This document shows positions 22,701-35,300 of a stretch of 64,000 nucleotides of DNA, piece after piece. The stretch comes from Mizuhopecten yessoensis (Eukaryota). A model generated the notes under the pieces. It made no database searches and was not told the origin of the DNA. It worked only from the letters and a program-made list of their open reading frames with translations. Every line of letters begins with the position of its first letter. The stretch's first letter is position 1. Both the position numbers and the translations under genes were made by a program. The stretch spans positions 28,334 through 92,333 of the forward strand of contig NW_018408727.1 of the NCBI RefSeq assembly GCF_002113885.1. Direction: 5' to 3'.

Positions 22701-25700
22701 AACAGGAGGAAAGTGGGAGGGCATCGTCAGGGCTACCAGACCAGATCCAGTACTATTTACAGTTGGCACAGCAACAGGCCCAGCAACAACAGCAGCAGCA
22801 GCAACAACAACAACAGCAGCAGCAGCAGCAGCAGCAGGCACAGCAACAAGCACAACAACAGGCACAGCAACAAGCACAACAACAGGCACAGCAACAACAG
22901 GCAACGACACAAGTCCAGGCCACTGCTGTTGTTCAGCAACAACCCCAAGCCACCCAGATCCAACTACCAGGTAGAGAATTAGTCTTGTTTTACATTGTTG
23001 TGTCATTTTCATTTAAACCTTCTTTTCTTTTATTGATGTTGAAAGGAAGGACCAAGTATAATATTGGTATGATGTAGGACCTTTAATCGAGGATACATAC
23101 TGACTAAATGTAAAAAAGGTATACTACAAATAGTAATTGCGGGGGGGGGGGGGGGGGGGGTATACTTACCCATGTCTATACTGTCCCATTGGGTATCCCA
23201 TGGCCTTCGTATTACTTCCCTTATGTTCCGACTAATTCCATCTCCTTGTGATGATTTTAACAACTCTGCCAACTTAATTCCTTAACAAATTTTCATCAAA
23301 GTTTATACAAAGGTCAAGTTTGAGAATACCTTGAATATGTTTGTATTCTTGAGTGCCAAATTCACTGTTGCAATTTATAGGTCAACAACAGGGCCATCCA
23401 CGAAAACGTTTTACAGGCATTTTTTAGTTTTCTTTAGTGATGATTTATGCTTCTTTGCTGATCTTTGAAAAATATACAACTGTCATGAATTGGGTGTGTT
23501 TCAAAAAGAACAAGAGTACCTCGGGGCGGAACAATATACGCCCGTCGAATGCCATATAGTGTTATATACTTCCTTACATTGAAATAAGATCAGACATGCT
23601 ATAAAAAATGTAGAAGAAAATCTCCAGACAAAAAATCAAATACTGAAATGAACAATAGGCAATTACTTTTACAAAAATCGTTGAATCAAAATTCTTTTAA
23701 GGGAAACACAACTTCATATCATGATTATAATAAATACAAAGTTTCAAAGAGAACTGTTGAAAAATGTAGGAGGAGATTGCCGGACAAAAATCAAATACTG
23801 TAATAAACAAAGGGCAATAACTTTTGCAAAAACTGTTGAATCAAAATTCGTTTCAAGGAAACACAACAACATATCATGATTATTTATTCTATTAAGTTTC
23901 AAAGAAATCCATCAAAAAATGTAGGAGGTTGTCAGACAAAAAAATCAAATACTGAAATAAACAAAGGGCAATTACTTTTGGAAAAAATGTTGAATCAAAA
24001 TTCATTTAAGGGAGAGACAACTTCATATCATGATTATAATGTATACCAAGTTTCAAAGAGATCAGTCAAAAAAAAATGTGAAGAGATTGCCGGACAAACA
24101 AAAGTTTAAGCCGGACGAACAACCCCATACCATAATACTAACGTCAAATTTGACGGGCGTATAAAAAGCTGTGGTGTTACAAAATTAAAATACTAAAATA
24201 CACCAGAAATTCTTCTTAATCTGGAAGTATGGATAAACAAGGAAAACGTATCCAAATATTAAATGCATTATCAGCAGGGATATATTGAGATGTATTGAAA
24301 ATATTAACAATACTAGTGATTAGATGATATTTTTCATATGGCAGCTCATTTGCAGTGTCAAATGTACTTATACTTTGATCTCCCATCTTTATACAGGAAA
24401 TCAGCTTCTGCAACAACAGTTCCAAGTACAAGCAGGTCAAATACAGGCGGGACAAGTTCAGGCGCAGACTGCTTTACAGGGAGCCACAGTAGTCTCCAGC
24501 ACAGTAAGTCAAGTCTGAATCCGTACCTGTTTACAATGGAAACTTTTAAATACATTTATTTTATATAGGTCTCATACAGAGGCACAGTATTCTAGTGGTA
24601 GAACACCAGGCTTGTGACCAAAGGGGTTGCAGGTTCGAGTCACAGCACTGTGTTGTATCTTTGAGCAAGATACTTTTCTCCGCTTGTTCCAGTCTACTCA
24701 GCTGTAAATGAGTACGTGGTTTGGCAGTGCTAGGATTGTTAAATGCTGGCTGTGAGCGCCGAAATGGCAGCAATGACTGTATGCTCCCCAGGAAGTTAAA
24801 ATATTGGCTGGTTGCAAAGGCCCTATATTCACAGATAATGATTTGTGAAACGCTATGAGTCGACTTACAAATTAAGTTGTGATAAAGTGGTATATAAGAA
24901 CCTGGAATTATCATTTTTATTATTTTAAGTAATAACAACGATATGATCCAATATGAGTACTGGATCCAAACAAACTTTGCGACTGTTATGAACAATTTTT
25001 AAAACCGATATTAATCCCTCAGTCTCTGTCAGATATTATTGTGTACTACAGTGTTAACCTAGTATTTTGTTATTACAGCCACAGCCCCAGGTGATACAAA
25101 TCCAGGCTCCGCCCCAGGTCCAGCAGGTGGCACAGGTCCAGGTGCCATCTTCTACAGCTGCCACCCCAGTCCCACAGACACTGCAGCAGGTGCAAATCCA
25201 GCAACCACAGCAACAGACACAGGTGTACCAACAGGTGATCACCTCTTCGGGGGAGGTCCAGAACATACCTGTAAGTAGATAAAGTCCAAAACATAAGTAT
25301 AGTAAGCTGGTCCAGGATAGACCTGGAAATATAGTCGGTTGGTCAAAAACTTACCTGTAAGAATAGTGGGCTGGTCCAAAACTTAGCTGTTAGAATATTG
25401 GGCCAGTCCAGAACTTACCTGTAAGTATATAAAGTCCAAAACATAAGTATAGTAAGCTGGTCCAGGATAGACCTGTAAATATAGTCGGTTGGTCAAAAAC
25501 TTAGCTGTTAGAATATTGGGCCAGTCCAGAACTTACCTGTAAGTATATAAAGTCCAAAACATAAGTATAGTAAGCTGGTCCAGGATACACCTGTAAATAT
25601 AGTCGGTTGGTCAAAAACTTAGCTGTTAGAATATTGGGCCAGTCCAGAACTTACCTGTAAGTATATAAAGTCCAAAACATAAGTATAGTAAGCTGGTCCA

Positions 25701-27633
25701 GGATACACCTGTAAATATAGTCGGTTGGTCAAAAACTTAGCTGTTAGAATATTGGGCCAGTCCAGAACTTACCTGTAAGTATATAAAGTCCAAAACATAA
25801 GTATAGTAAGCTGGTCCAGGATAGACCTGTAAATATAGTCGGTTGGTCAAAAACTTAGCTGTTAGAATATTGGGCCAGTCCAGAACTTACCTGTAAGTAT
25901 ATAAAGTCCAAAACATAAGTATAGTAAGCTGGTCCAGGATAGACCTGTAAATATAGTCGGTTGGTCAAAAACTTAGCTGTTAGAATATTGGGCCAGTCCA
26001 GAACTTACCTGTAAGTATATAAAGTCCAAAACATAAGTATAGTAAGCTGGTCCAGGATAGACCTGTAAATATAGTCGGTTGGTCAAAAACTTAGCTGTTA
26101 GAATATTGGGCCAGTCCAGAACTTACCTGTAAGTATATAAAGTCCAAAACATAAGTATAGTAAGCTGGTCCAGGATAGACCTGTAAATATAGTCGGTCGG
26201 TCAAAAACTTAGCTGTTAGAATATTGGGCCAGTCCAGAACTTACCTGTAAGTATAGATAGACTAGTACAACTAACATCACGTTGGGTAGTCATGAACCTT
26301 TCTTTGAGTAAAGTGGTTTGGTCCAGAACCTATCTGAAAGAAATAAGAAATAACAAGGATTTGTTCACTATATGCTAAACTGATCATACAATTTCAATTC
26401 TTTTCTAGTGTCTTGAGTATGAGTGTAATGTCATTGTTTGCATCAAAAAGATTAATATTTTCATTCTGGCTAAATACAAAGTTCTTTAATATAAAGCTGT
26501 GTATGTTATTAATTGCAGATTCAACTGACCCCGCAACAACTACAGGCCATACAGATGCAGCTCCAGGGTAAACAATCCAACCAGCCAATCATAATCCAGC
26601 AGGCAGCCCAGCCAGCCATTCAAAATGTGCAGACCATCTCACAAGCCGACCAATCACAGTTCAATGCACAAGTAAGATCAGACATGTGCAAATGTTTCAC
26701 AGACCAACCATACATAAATAGTTAATGTTCAGTTCAAAAGTTTGGCTAGCACTTTTAGCAAGGAAAGACCATATTTTTCAGCAGTTAAAGAAACAAAATT
26801 ACTGGAGATACTCTTTTTACCTAAGTAGCACCTATATTGTACAATCAATGTTGGAAAAAAGACGCTCTTGAGCCATAGGTCATGGGTCCTTATGATTAAA
26901 AAATGGCTATTACTAAATAGAAAGTTAGAAAGTATCTCCCAGAATCAGGAAAAAGTATTGTTAAAATATTGTGGGCAGATTGGTCGAGTGGTTAACACTC
27001 CGACCTTCCAAGCAGTCGGTCGGGTTCAATCCCCGAAGTCGCCGTACGCATGGAATATTCAGAGAAAGTGTTTTTGAGGTGCCACTATAAACGATACCGT
27101 TGGAAGCATGGTCCCACTACAAACAGAACACAATATATCTCCAGCACACACACATGCATACACACATAGGGAGATATTATCCAGGTGGCATAGGACTAGT
27201 AGTTGGTGTCTGATAAGGCAGCTCCTGCGAATTCCTCAAAATTGTATTGATTATTATATATGCTAATCATATTGACTGTATAAAATTGTATATCTATGTA
27301 CTGTAAAGCGCTTTAGAGTGGCTTATGTTAGCTATATAGGGCGCTATATCAAATGTTGTATATTTTTATTTATTTATATTGTTATTAAATAAGATTTGAG
27401 ATACTTGCTTGTTTAATTTTACTTCGTATTGCAATGATATAACAAAACATCTTTAACAATTTTGTATCTGTACTTTTAAAACTTAAAGTATGCACCTAGT
27501 AATAACCAAATTTTCTTGTTTGTAGCAAGTGTACCAGATCCAACAACTAGCAGGAGGACAACAGCAGGTCTACATACATCAGGTCGCAGGCGCAGACGGT
27601 GACCAAGGTGACGGTTCTCAAGAGGCTGCGTAA
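19789..27633 (+). CDS. NFYC: Nuclear transcription factor Y subunit gamma, 414 aa, 9 coding exons
   Basis: Exons 19789-19926, 20424-20495, 21012-21125, 22060-22155, 22706-22970, 24397-24503, 25079-25270, 26519-26671, 27526-27633; GT-AG with consistent phases. Histone-fold [84 protein letters not shown], followed by a Q-rich activation region. Confidence 0.96.
21459..21859. mobile_element. degenerate MITE-like element in an NFYC intron
   Basis: Ends caggtcatttc ... gaaacgacctg are imperfect inverted repeats; internal gggcgaaac-like subrepeats near the right end. Confidence 0.4.
22781..22900 (+). repeat. coding CAG/CAA microsatellite: Q19 followed by (AQQQ)n in NFYC
   Basis: 19 consecutive Gln codons at 22781-22837, then five A-QQQ(Q) units. 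Confidence 0.95.
23509..24167 (+). mobile_element. Helentron-associated (HINE/DINE-like) non-autonomous element with internal about 154-bp tandem repeats
   Basis: 5' aacaagagtacc; subterminal inverted repeat tatacgcccgtc (23535) / gacgggcgtata (24152); 3' palindrome cgtcaaatttgacg; core repeats (aaatcaaatactg at about 23633, 23788, 23942). Confidence 0.75.
24580..24930 (+). mobile_element. tRNA-derived SINE with conserved central domain and L2-like tail
   Basis: A-box ctagtggtag, B-box ggttcgagtc, central ttgagcaagatactt...cagctgtaaatgagtac, tail tgtgaaacgctatgag...tatataagaa...attatt. Confidence 0.7.
25256..26255 (+). repeat. 118-bp tandem repeat derived from an NFYC exon end (25270) and donor site
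   Basis: gaacttacctgtaagtat at 25411, 25529, 25647, 25765, 25883, 26001, 26119 and 26237; the real junction is gaacatacct|gtaagtag. Confidence 0.95.
26972..27385 (+). mobile_element. tRNA-derived SINE with L2-like 3' tail
   Basis: A-box tggtcgagtggtt, B-box gggttcaatccc, tail tgtaaagcgctttagag...gcgctatat followed by AT-rich simple repeats. Confidence 0.7.
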
Positions 27634-28313
27634 CTAGGACAGATCGTAAACAGAAATGTGACGTGTTGTCATGTGTGACCTGTTCAGCAATGTGCCAGTA
27701 TCAACTTGTGAAAGTATGGTTATTGTTCCAAAGAGATCTCATCTTACAGTCGGCGATGTTGGTTCTGGTCGGTGGGCAAGAATCCCCGATTACTAGACCG
27801 ACTAGTGATATAGCTTGGCATGACATTCTTGGGACAAAAGCTCCGGTTTTTGTGCCAATATTGCAAGTGAAAGTTTCTGATTGGACGCTGGTACAATATC
27901 CAGGCAACAAGATTGATTTGCCAATCACTTGTGACACAATCCTGAAAGTTCAAGACAATCTCAATTGTATGTGAAAAGTGTCGAGGCAGGGACACTTTTG
28001 TGTGATGCTAACACAATAAAAACAGCCTATTACCATCTGTATCAAACTTAAAAAGATCTGATACACATTTCTTTTTATTCACGGATAATTTCATCATGAT
28101 ATGATTTGTTAGAACTGTCCTTACCATTGTTATGTATAGTACTGAAAGTTTGCAGTATACAGATTGAATTTATATTAGCAAATAGAATTTACTTTCTTGT
28201 CAAATATGAAATGTTTTTGCAATTATCAATTTGAAATACAATGAAAGTTCCCTTGGCATCTCCTTGTGCCTAGCGCACAGTGTGTATTAAATATTCATAT
28301 ATATATAGGATCT

Positions 28314-28670
28314 TGCATGAGTTTCCATTACATGTGAGATTTATGAAACGAGTCTAAGAATTTTTCAGAGGCTCGCTAAAATGAAAAATTCGTGACGAGT
28401 TTCATAAATTTCATTTGAAATGTAAACGAGTATAAGAACCTTTTTTTTTTCACATTATCAAGACTTTTGGTTTATTCGTGTAAAACGACAATTTTCATGC
28501 AATCTTGAAATGTAGAAAGCTGCCATTTTGACTCCAGTGCATAAGTCTGTGACGTCATGTACTTGTCCTAGGCATGACGTCACAATTGAAACAATTGAAA
28601 CTTACAACCAATCACAGGGCTGATAGGTCATATTACATGGGTTTATACGTAACAAAATATGACATGGGTA
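28314..28670 (+). repeat. dispersed repeat copy 2 (homologous to 3815-4145), downstream of the NFYC stop codon
   Basis: Same colinear blocks as 3815-4145. Confidence 0.8.
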
Positions 28671-28800
28671 TATTCACTGGATAACACAGTACATTATATA
28701 TTATGTGATAAATAAGCACTTACTGGTGTTTGAAAGTTTAGTCAGTTGATAAGGAAAGCCAAACAAAGTACATTTAGGACTCATCAGTGGTACTTAACGG

Positions 28801-28891
28801 TTACCCCCTTTCACCACTGTAGACCACAATGGACTCATCCATATCAATGCATGATATAGTCTACTAAAGTTACATAGGGGTGAAAGGGTCA
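28801..28891. mobile_element. short piggyBac-like MITE remnant
   Basis: ttaccccctttcacc ... ggggtgaaagggtcaa inverted ends (TTAACCC-type, degenerate). Confidence 0.5.
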
Positions 28892-30442
28892 AGGCTATAT
28901 AGGATTACATGATCACAGTAATTTACATATGTAAAATACTGACCACCTTCATCAAGCTGAAGGTTCTAGTTGGAGTGTGCTTATGCTAGAAAGAAGAAAT
29001 ACCTATAGGTAATGGGGAATTAGAAGAAGAACAGGAAATGATACTCGGACAGCAAAAGAGCAAATTGCCTTCCGGTTATTGATTGCAAACCTCTATGTGC
29101 TTCTGATTTTAATACTGTTGACTTTTTAATATTATGATAGATACAGTTATAAAGCATTATGAGGACAAATTCTTCACTGGACATTTTTTTCAAAATACCC
29201 AAGGGAGATAATTTGGGGGGGTTGGGGTTGGAAATATCACAGTTCACAGTTTTTTTTACATGGACACTGCTGTGAGTTATTAACTGTTTACTTTAAAAAG
29301 AAAACATGTATTTTCATGTTTTCAGTGCTGGATGATATGAGATTACATGTACGTGTGTATGTATTCTGTAGCTGATGCTGATTGTACCACATGTCATACT
29401 TTCAATATTTCAATATTTATTAAAATCAATAATATTCAGGAATTATTGAATATGGAAACTAATGTAAAACATAAAAGAATCTTTAATTTTCAGTTTTCAA
29501 GCTCTCCTTACAATTTCTGTGACCAATATGTGAACTAAAAAATAGCATATATTTTCACACACCTTTTTGACAGTATCATGAAAACTGTGACTATAAATAT
29601 ATGGCAATCGTTTCATGTTTAATATACTTCAAGATACAGCAAAACATACATGGTTCAGTACAGTGTGTATTGCCTGTGTATTTACAGTATGAATACAAAT
29701 ACAGTGTATTTTTTCACATTAATTACTTGCATTTCACACATAGGTTACCGGTAGTTTTGATATCATTTGACACTAGGCTAAGATGACATTATTATATTTA
29801 TGGCATTTGTTTTGTCCTCCGTTGTTCAGTTGGAGGAGGCGAATTAATTTGCCAAAGCTGTGTTTAATTTATGTACAGAAATTTTTACCCTCGCATTTAT
29901 AGTCGTTTATTGTGCTAACACATTTACAGGAAGCGACACCTCTTCACAAGTAAAACTGTGAAGTATTGCTTCCATTTCACCTTGTCCGGTTCAAACTCGC
30001 CCCAGTCCAAGAAAAATGGCCTCTTGTTGGTAACGCTTTATAGAAGATGCATTCTTATTAGCTCATCCACTTGTCCCAGTTCTGACTTAATGCTCTGCTT
30101 GCACCACTAAACACTAACTTTATATTACGGTCAAAGGTAACCTTGAAAGTCTTAAATGTTTTAATGTAAACACACTGGTGTTTACTGCCATGTTTCTATA
30201 GATATCAGACACACTGTTATAATGAAACACGATAAAATTTCATGCGACACAAGCTGTTTTAGGATGAAATATATATATATATTATTATTGAACAGAATGA
30301 TTAGTGTGTGTTTCTTTGTTTTTATGTTTGTTATGTCATTATTTATGAAAAAAATAAATAAACCTGTAAAATTTTAAAAATCTGATACTTATTGAATTAT
30401 CGTTTGATATATGCTTTGTACCGTATATGGATGAGTCTTTCA

Positions 30443-30996
30443 TTGGACGGTGAGTACAGTTATCTAGGTTACTACCATCTGTGGGACTACAGTGTGACAG
30501 TTGTACTGACAATTCACTTAAAGAGGAAGATGATTGGACAGCGAGTACAGTACTCTAGGTTACTACCATCTGTGGGACTGCAGTGTGGCAGTTGTACTGA
30601 CAATTCACTTAGAGAGGAAGATGATTGGACAGTGAGGACAGTTATCTAGGTTACTACCATCTGTGGGACTACAGTGTGACAGTTGTACTGACAATTCACT
30701 TAAAGAGGAAGATGATTGGACGCTGAGTACAGTAATCTAGGTTATTACCAGCTGTGGGACTGCAGCGTGACAATTGTACTGACAATTCACTTATAGAGGA
30801 AGATGATTGGACGGTGAGTACAGTAATCTAGGTTACTAACATCTGTGGGAACTGCAGCGTGACAATCGTACTGACAATTCACTTATAGAGGAAGATGATT
30901 GGACGGTGAGTACAGTAATCTAGGTTACTAACATCTGTGGGAACTGCAGCGTGACAATCCTACTGACAATTCACTTATAGAGGAAGATGATTGGAC
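30443..30996 (+). repeat. about 91-bp tandem repeat running into a gap
   Basis: ggttactaccatctgtggga at 30467, 30558, 30649 and onward. Confidence 0.95.
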
Positions 30997-31943
30997 NNNN
31001 NNNNNNNNNNNNNNNNNNNNNNNNNNNNNNNNNNNNNNNNNNNNNNNNNNNNNNNNNNNNNNNNNNNNNNNNNNNNNNNNNNNNNNNNNNNNNNNNNNNN
31101 NNNNNNNNNNNNNNNNNNNNNNNNNNNNNNNNNNNNNNNNNNNNNNNNNNNNNNNNNNNNNNNNNNNNNNNNNNNNNNNNNNNNNNNNNNNNNNNNNNNN
31201 NNNNNNNNNNNNNNNNNNNNNNNNNNNNNNNNNNNNNNNNNNNNNNNNNNNNNNNNNNNNNNNNNNNNNNNNNNNNNNNNNNNNNNNNNNNNNNNNNNNN
31301 NNNNNNNNNNNNNNNNNNNNNNNNNNNNNNNNNNNNNNNNNNNNNNNNNNNNNNNNNNNNNNNNNNNNNNNNNNNNNNNNNNNNNNNNNNNNNNNNNNNN
31401 NNNNNNNNNNNNNNNNNNNNNNNNNNNNNNNNNNNNNNNNNNNNNNNNNNNNNNNNNNNNNNNNNNNNNNNNNNNNNNNNNNNNNNNNNNNNNNNNNNNN
31501 NNNNNNNNNNNNNNNNNNNNNNNNNNNNNNNNNNNNNNNNNNNNNNNNNNNNNNNNNNNNNNNNNNNNNNNNNNNNNNNNNNNNNNNNNNNNNNNNNNNN
31601 NNNNNNNNNNNNNNNNNNNNNNNNNNNNNNNNNNNNNNNNNNNNNNNNNNNNNNNNNNNNNNNNNNNNNNNNNNNNNNNNNNNNNNNNNNNNNNNNNNNN
31701 NNNNNNNNNNNNNNNNNNNNNNNNNNNNNNNNNNNNNNNNNNNNNNNNNNNNNNNNNNNNNNNNNNNNNNNNNNNNNNNNNNNNNNNNNNNNNNNNNNNN
31801 NNNNNNNNNNNNNNNNNNNNNNNNNNNNNNNNNNNNNNNNNNNNNNNNNNNNNNNNNNNNNNNNNNNNNNNNNNNNNNNNNNNNNNNNNNNNNNNNNNNN
31901 NNNNNNNNNNNNNNNNNNNNNNNNNNNNNNNNNNNNNNNNNNN

Positions 31944-32350
31944 AGGATGGGGAGTTTTCTTTAGAAGTGGAGTAAATGACTTGGGGATGGGGAGATTTCT
32001 TTAGAAGTGGAATAAATGACTTGAGGATGGGGAGTTTTCTTTAGAAGTGGAGTAAATGACTTGAGGATGGGGAGATTTCTTTAGAAGTGGAATAAATGAC
32101 TTGACGATGGGGAGTTTTCTTTAGAAGTCGTGTAAAAGACACGTGTTTGACGTATTGTTTTAGAGGGCGAAGAAGTCAAATATGTCTCTTTTAAAGAGTG
32201 AGTAGAAGACTTAACGGTTAGGTGTTTCTTTGAAGGGAAGAAGTATATTCGAATGAGATATATTTTTAAGTTGAACAACTAAGGATTGAATATAGCGGGT
32301 TTCTTTGAAGGAAGAATGGAAGACTCGATGATGTGTTTCTTAGAAGACTG
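31944..32350 (+). repeat. 40-bp tandem repeat, decaying rightwards
   Basis: Unit ggatggggagttttctttagaagtggagtaaatgacttga; diverged relatives resume at about 33850-34970. Confidence 0.85.
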
Positions 32351-35300
32351 GACAATAAGAAGCCAAGTAGCTAGATGGCTTGGATGAGATCACTGTGGAC
32401 ATTCTGGACAAATGGACCATATTTTGTTCATTTGCTTCTCATCGCCTTTGCTTTCAAATTTTGATAGGAGCCACTTAATCCAGACTTTGTATGATGGCCA
32501 ACATGGATTTTAAAGATGACAACAATGTGAAACTTAATTGCTTCATAACATGGTTCAAATCACTTTTCGTCTCTTGGACGTTCTTTGCCTTGATGTAATG
32601 GAGGGATTTTTTTTTCTAAATTCCACGTAAGGTTCCCGTTGATTCTGTTGTGTATGATATGATATTAGACTTATTGCAATAGAGCAAAGTGACAGCCAGG
32701 TGATGACTTGACTTACTGAAGAGGACTTTTAGGGGTTGCTGTGCAGTATGGTTCAGTATAAGCAGAAGAGGACTTTTAGAGGTTGCTGTGCAGTATGGTT
32801 CAGTATAAGCTGAAGTGGACTTTCAGAGGGTGACTACAAAACAACAGGACAACAGGCTGTGGATCCGATTAGCACCAATAAGAGCCAACCAGTCCTTTGA
32901 TGGGTATAATCAACTCTGTCAATGCACCGTCATACTGCTGTGCTTGACATTTACCTCTCAAAGTGAATATTTCTTTTGATATCTTGTCTAAAATAGTAGT
33001 GTGTAAATGATTGTATTTCTTGTTTCTGATTTCTTACATCCATCTTTCTCTTCTGGTCAAACTCAAAATGGGATATGAAAAAAAATTGAATATTTGGGAA
33101 AATATTTCTGTATTCTATTCTAAAAAATAAATGATCACAAACTTAAATGGTCAACGGTCAATATGTCTGCCTTGTGCCATTACCTTTTTTCTGATGAAGC
33201 TGAACAACCAAACACCAAGAGGAGCCTTGATACAAATTCCAGAAATATTCCCCTGTACTTTTGAAGAATAGCGATCAAATTTTAAAAAAAGTCGCAAGAA
33301 AGACCAACGGAAACCAACTTGTGAAATATGGCAAGGATTCTTCAGTTCTTTCTCAGAAAAAGGATAACATATTCATATTTTGCTGAAATGCAAACTGAAC
33401 ATTTCATAATACATTGACCAATTTCATTAGAATCAATCACATTTGATAAAGCTTTTGTGCTGAAACCGTCAACCTATCCTAGTACAATGTGCAAATAAAA
33501 TAAGCGCAGATTTTCCTCAATTTCAACCACATAGGCTCAACCTTATATCCGTGTATTGTAGATGCTTACCAAGTTTCATCATCAAAAACTCAGGGCCTTT
33601 ACACTCATTCCTACACTTGAAGTATTGGTGTTATCCAAATATTATAATGCATAGGGCCAAAATGAGAGCCTTACAAAAATGGGTTTCAAGGCCTTCGAAG
33701 TAGAAATAGAATTGACCATTGAGAGATGAAACAAAATTGACAAGGTAAGTGACTAAAAAACTCTTTCGGATGCTTTATTTTTCTCACAAGTATAAGGGAG
33801 AATTCTCGAGGTATAAAAAACTGAGTTGAGCCCTTCTTCGCGTTTACAACTGAAGCAGTAGAAGAATCTATGGAATGTTACTCAGCAAGGGCTGTATGAA
33901 ACTCGTGGAGCTTGGTATCCTTTGTAAGGCGTATAGAAGACCTGATGGTAGAGTTTTCATTGTGGGGTGTAGAAGTCTTGTAACAGTTTCTATTTTTGTG
34001 AAGAAAAAGTTGACACTGTACTGCACGATATTGCTATTTCCTCCGTTTCGGACTCGGCAGTGGTAGTAACGTACGAGGTCATTCGAATGAGAGCAATCAC
34101 TTAGTAACCTTAAATACAGCAAGGGGAAAGATAAATATAAAACCTTCCATAACGTTACAATTTTGTTGTTATAAAAGATGCATTTTCTGATGGAAAGTAG
34201 GTAGAAGGTATTAGAGAATTGAGCTTATTAAAATGGAAACGTTGTATAGAAGACTTGCAAATGATTTGTTGAGAGTACAAGACTCGATAATCGAACGTTT
34301 CTTTAGATGGGGTTAGACGACTCGAGGACGGAATTTATTTTTAGTTGGTTGATTAGTTGTAGAAGACTCGAGGATGGGATGTTTCGTTGAGGAAAGGGGG
34401 CTGGGGTTCTGTAGAAGATCAAAGGCTTGCGTAATTCTTGAGGATTTTAGGATAAGTACAGGACTCGAGGATAGCTCGTGTCTTTTAAGGGTGACTCAAG
34501 GACTTGAAGAAGTGGTGAAAAAATGGTGTTTCTTCGGGGGGTGAGTTTAGGGTTTGGTGTTTCTTTGAACGAAAAATAGGGGATTGAGTGTTTCTTTGCA
34601 CGGCATGTCAAAGTTTCGATGATACGGTAGAACAGTGCATTTTAAACGGATATAGATTTCATGAGGATAAGTTTGTTTTATGGAGGGGGAGAAGAAGACT
34701 CCAGGGTGAGATGGGGTTTTTCAAGGAGTGGTGGACGCTTGAAAGTGTGTTGCCTCTCTGAGCGGGAGTTTAAGACTGAATAATTTGTGTTTCTGAAGAA
34801 GGAGAAGAAGAAGAAGAAGAGTTTAATTTTGAGGATTTTATGTTTCTTGAAGACTCGTCGTTCTTTGCAGAGCGTGTAGAGAAGTCTCGGAGATGGTGTA
34901 GTATTTTGGACGGAAATATAGGACTTTATAGGGTGAGGTTTTGCTTTGGCGATGGAGTCGAAGAATTTAGGAATTAATTATTCTCTAATGTGTATTTCTT
35001 GAATGAAAACCCAAATTGGTCTAAATTACTGTTGAAACAGAGGAAATATGCGTAATACCCCTTATTTACATCACAGTACCTGTGTTTACATAAATGTCAG
35101 AATTTAAAGGAGCGCTGGTTATGTAAGTTAATAATTGTTCAAGTGTATTACGAGCTGTGTCACTGCTCAAGAGAAATAACTGTGGCTATCGAGGTTACGG
35201 CAAACCCCGGTGACTAAGAAATGCACCAGCAAAGTCTAACACCTTGTATCTGAAAGATTTCCAGAAGACGTGCGATTACACACATAAAATTTTGGTAATA

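Noticed and set aside
22650-23012. Poly-Ala, poly-Leu and poly-Ser ORFs
   Set aside because: Alternative frames and strands of the NFYC CAG/CAA exon.
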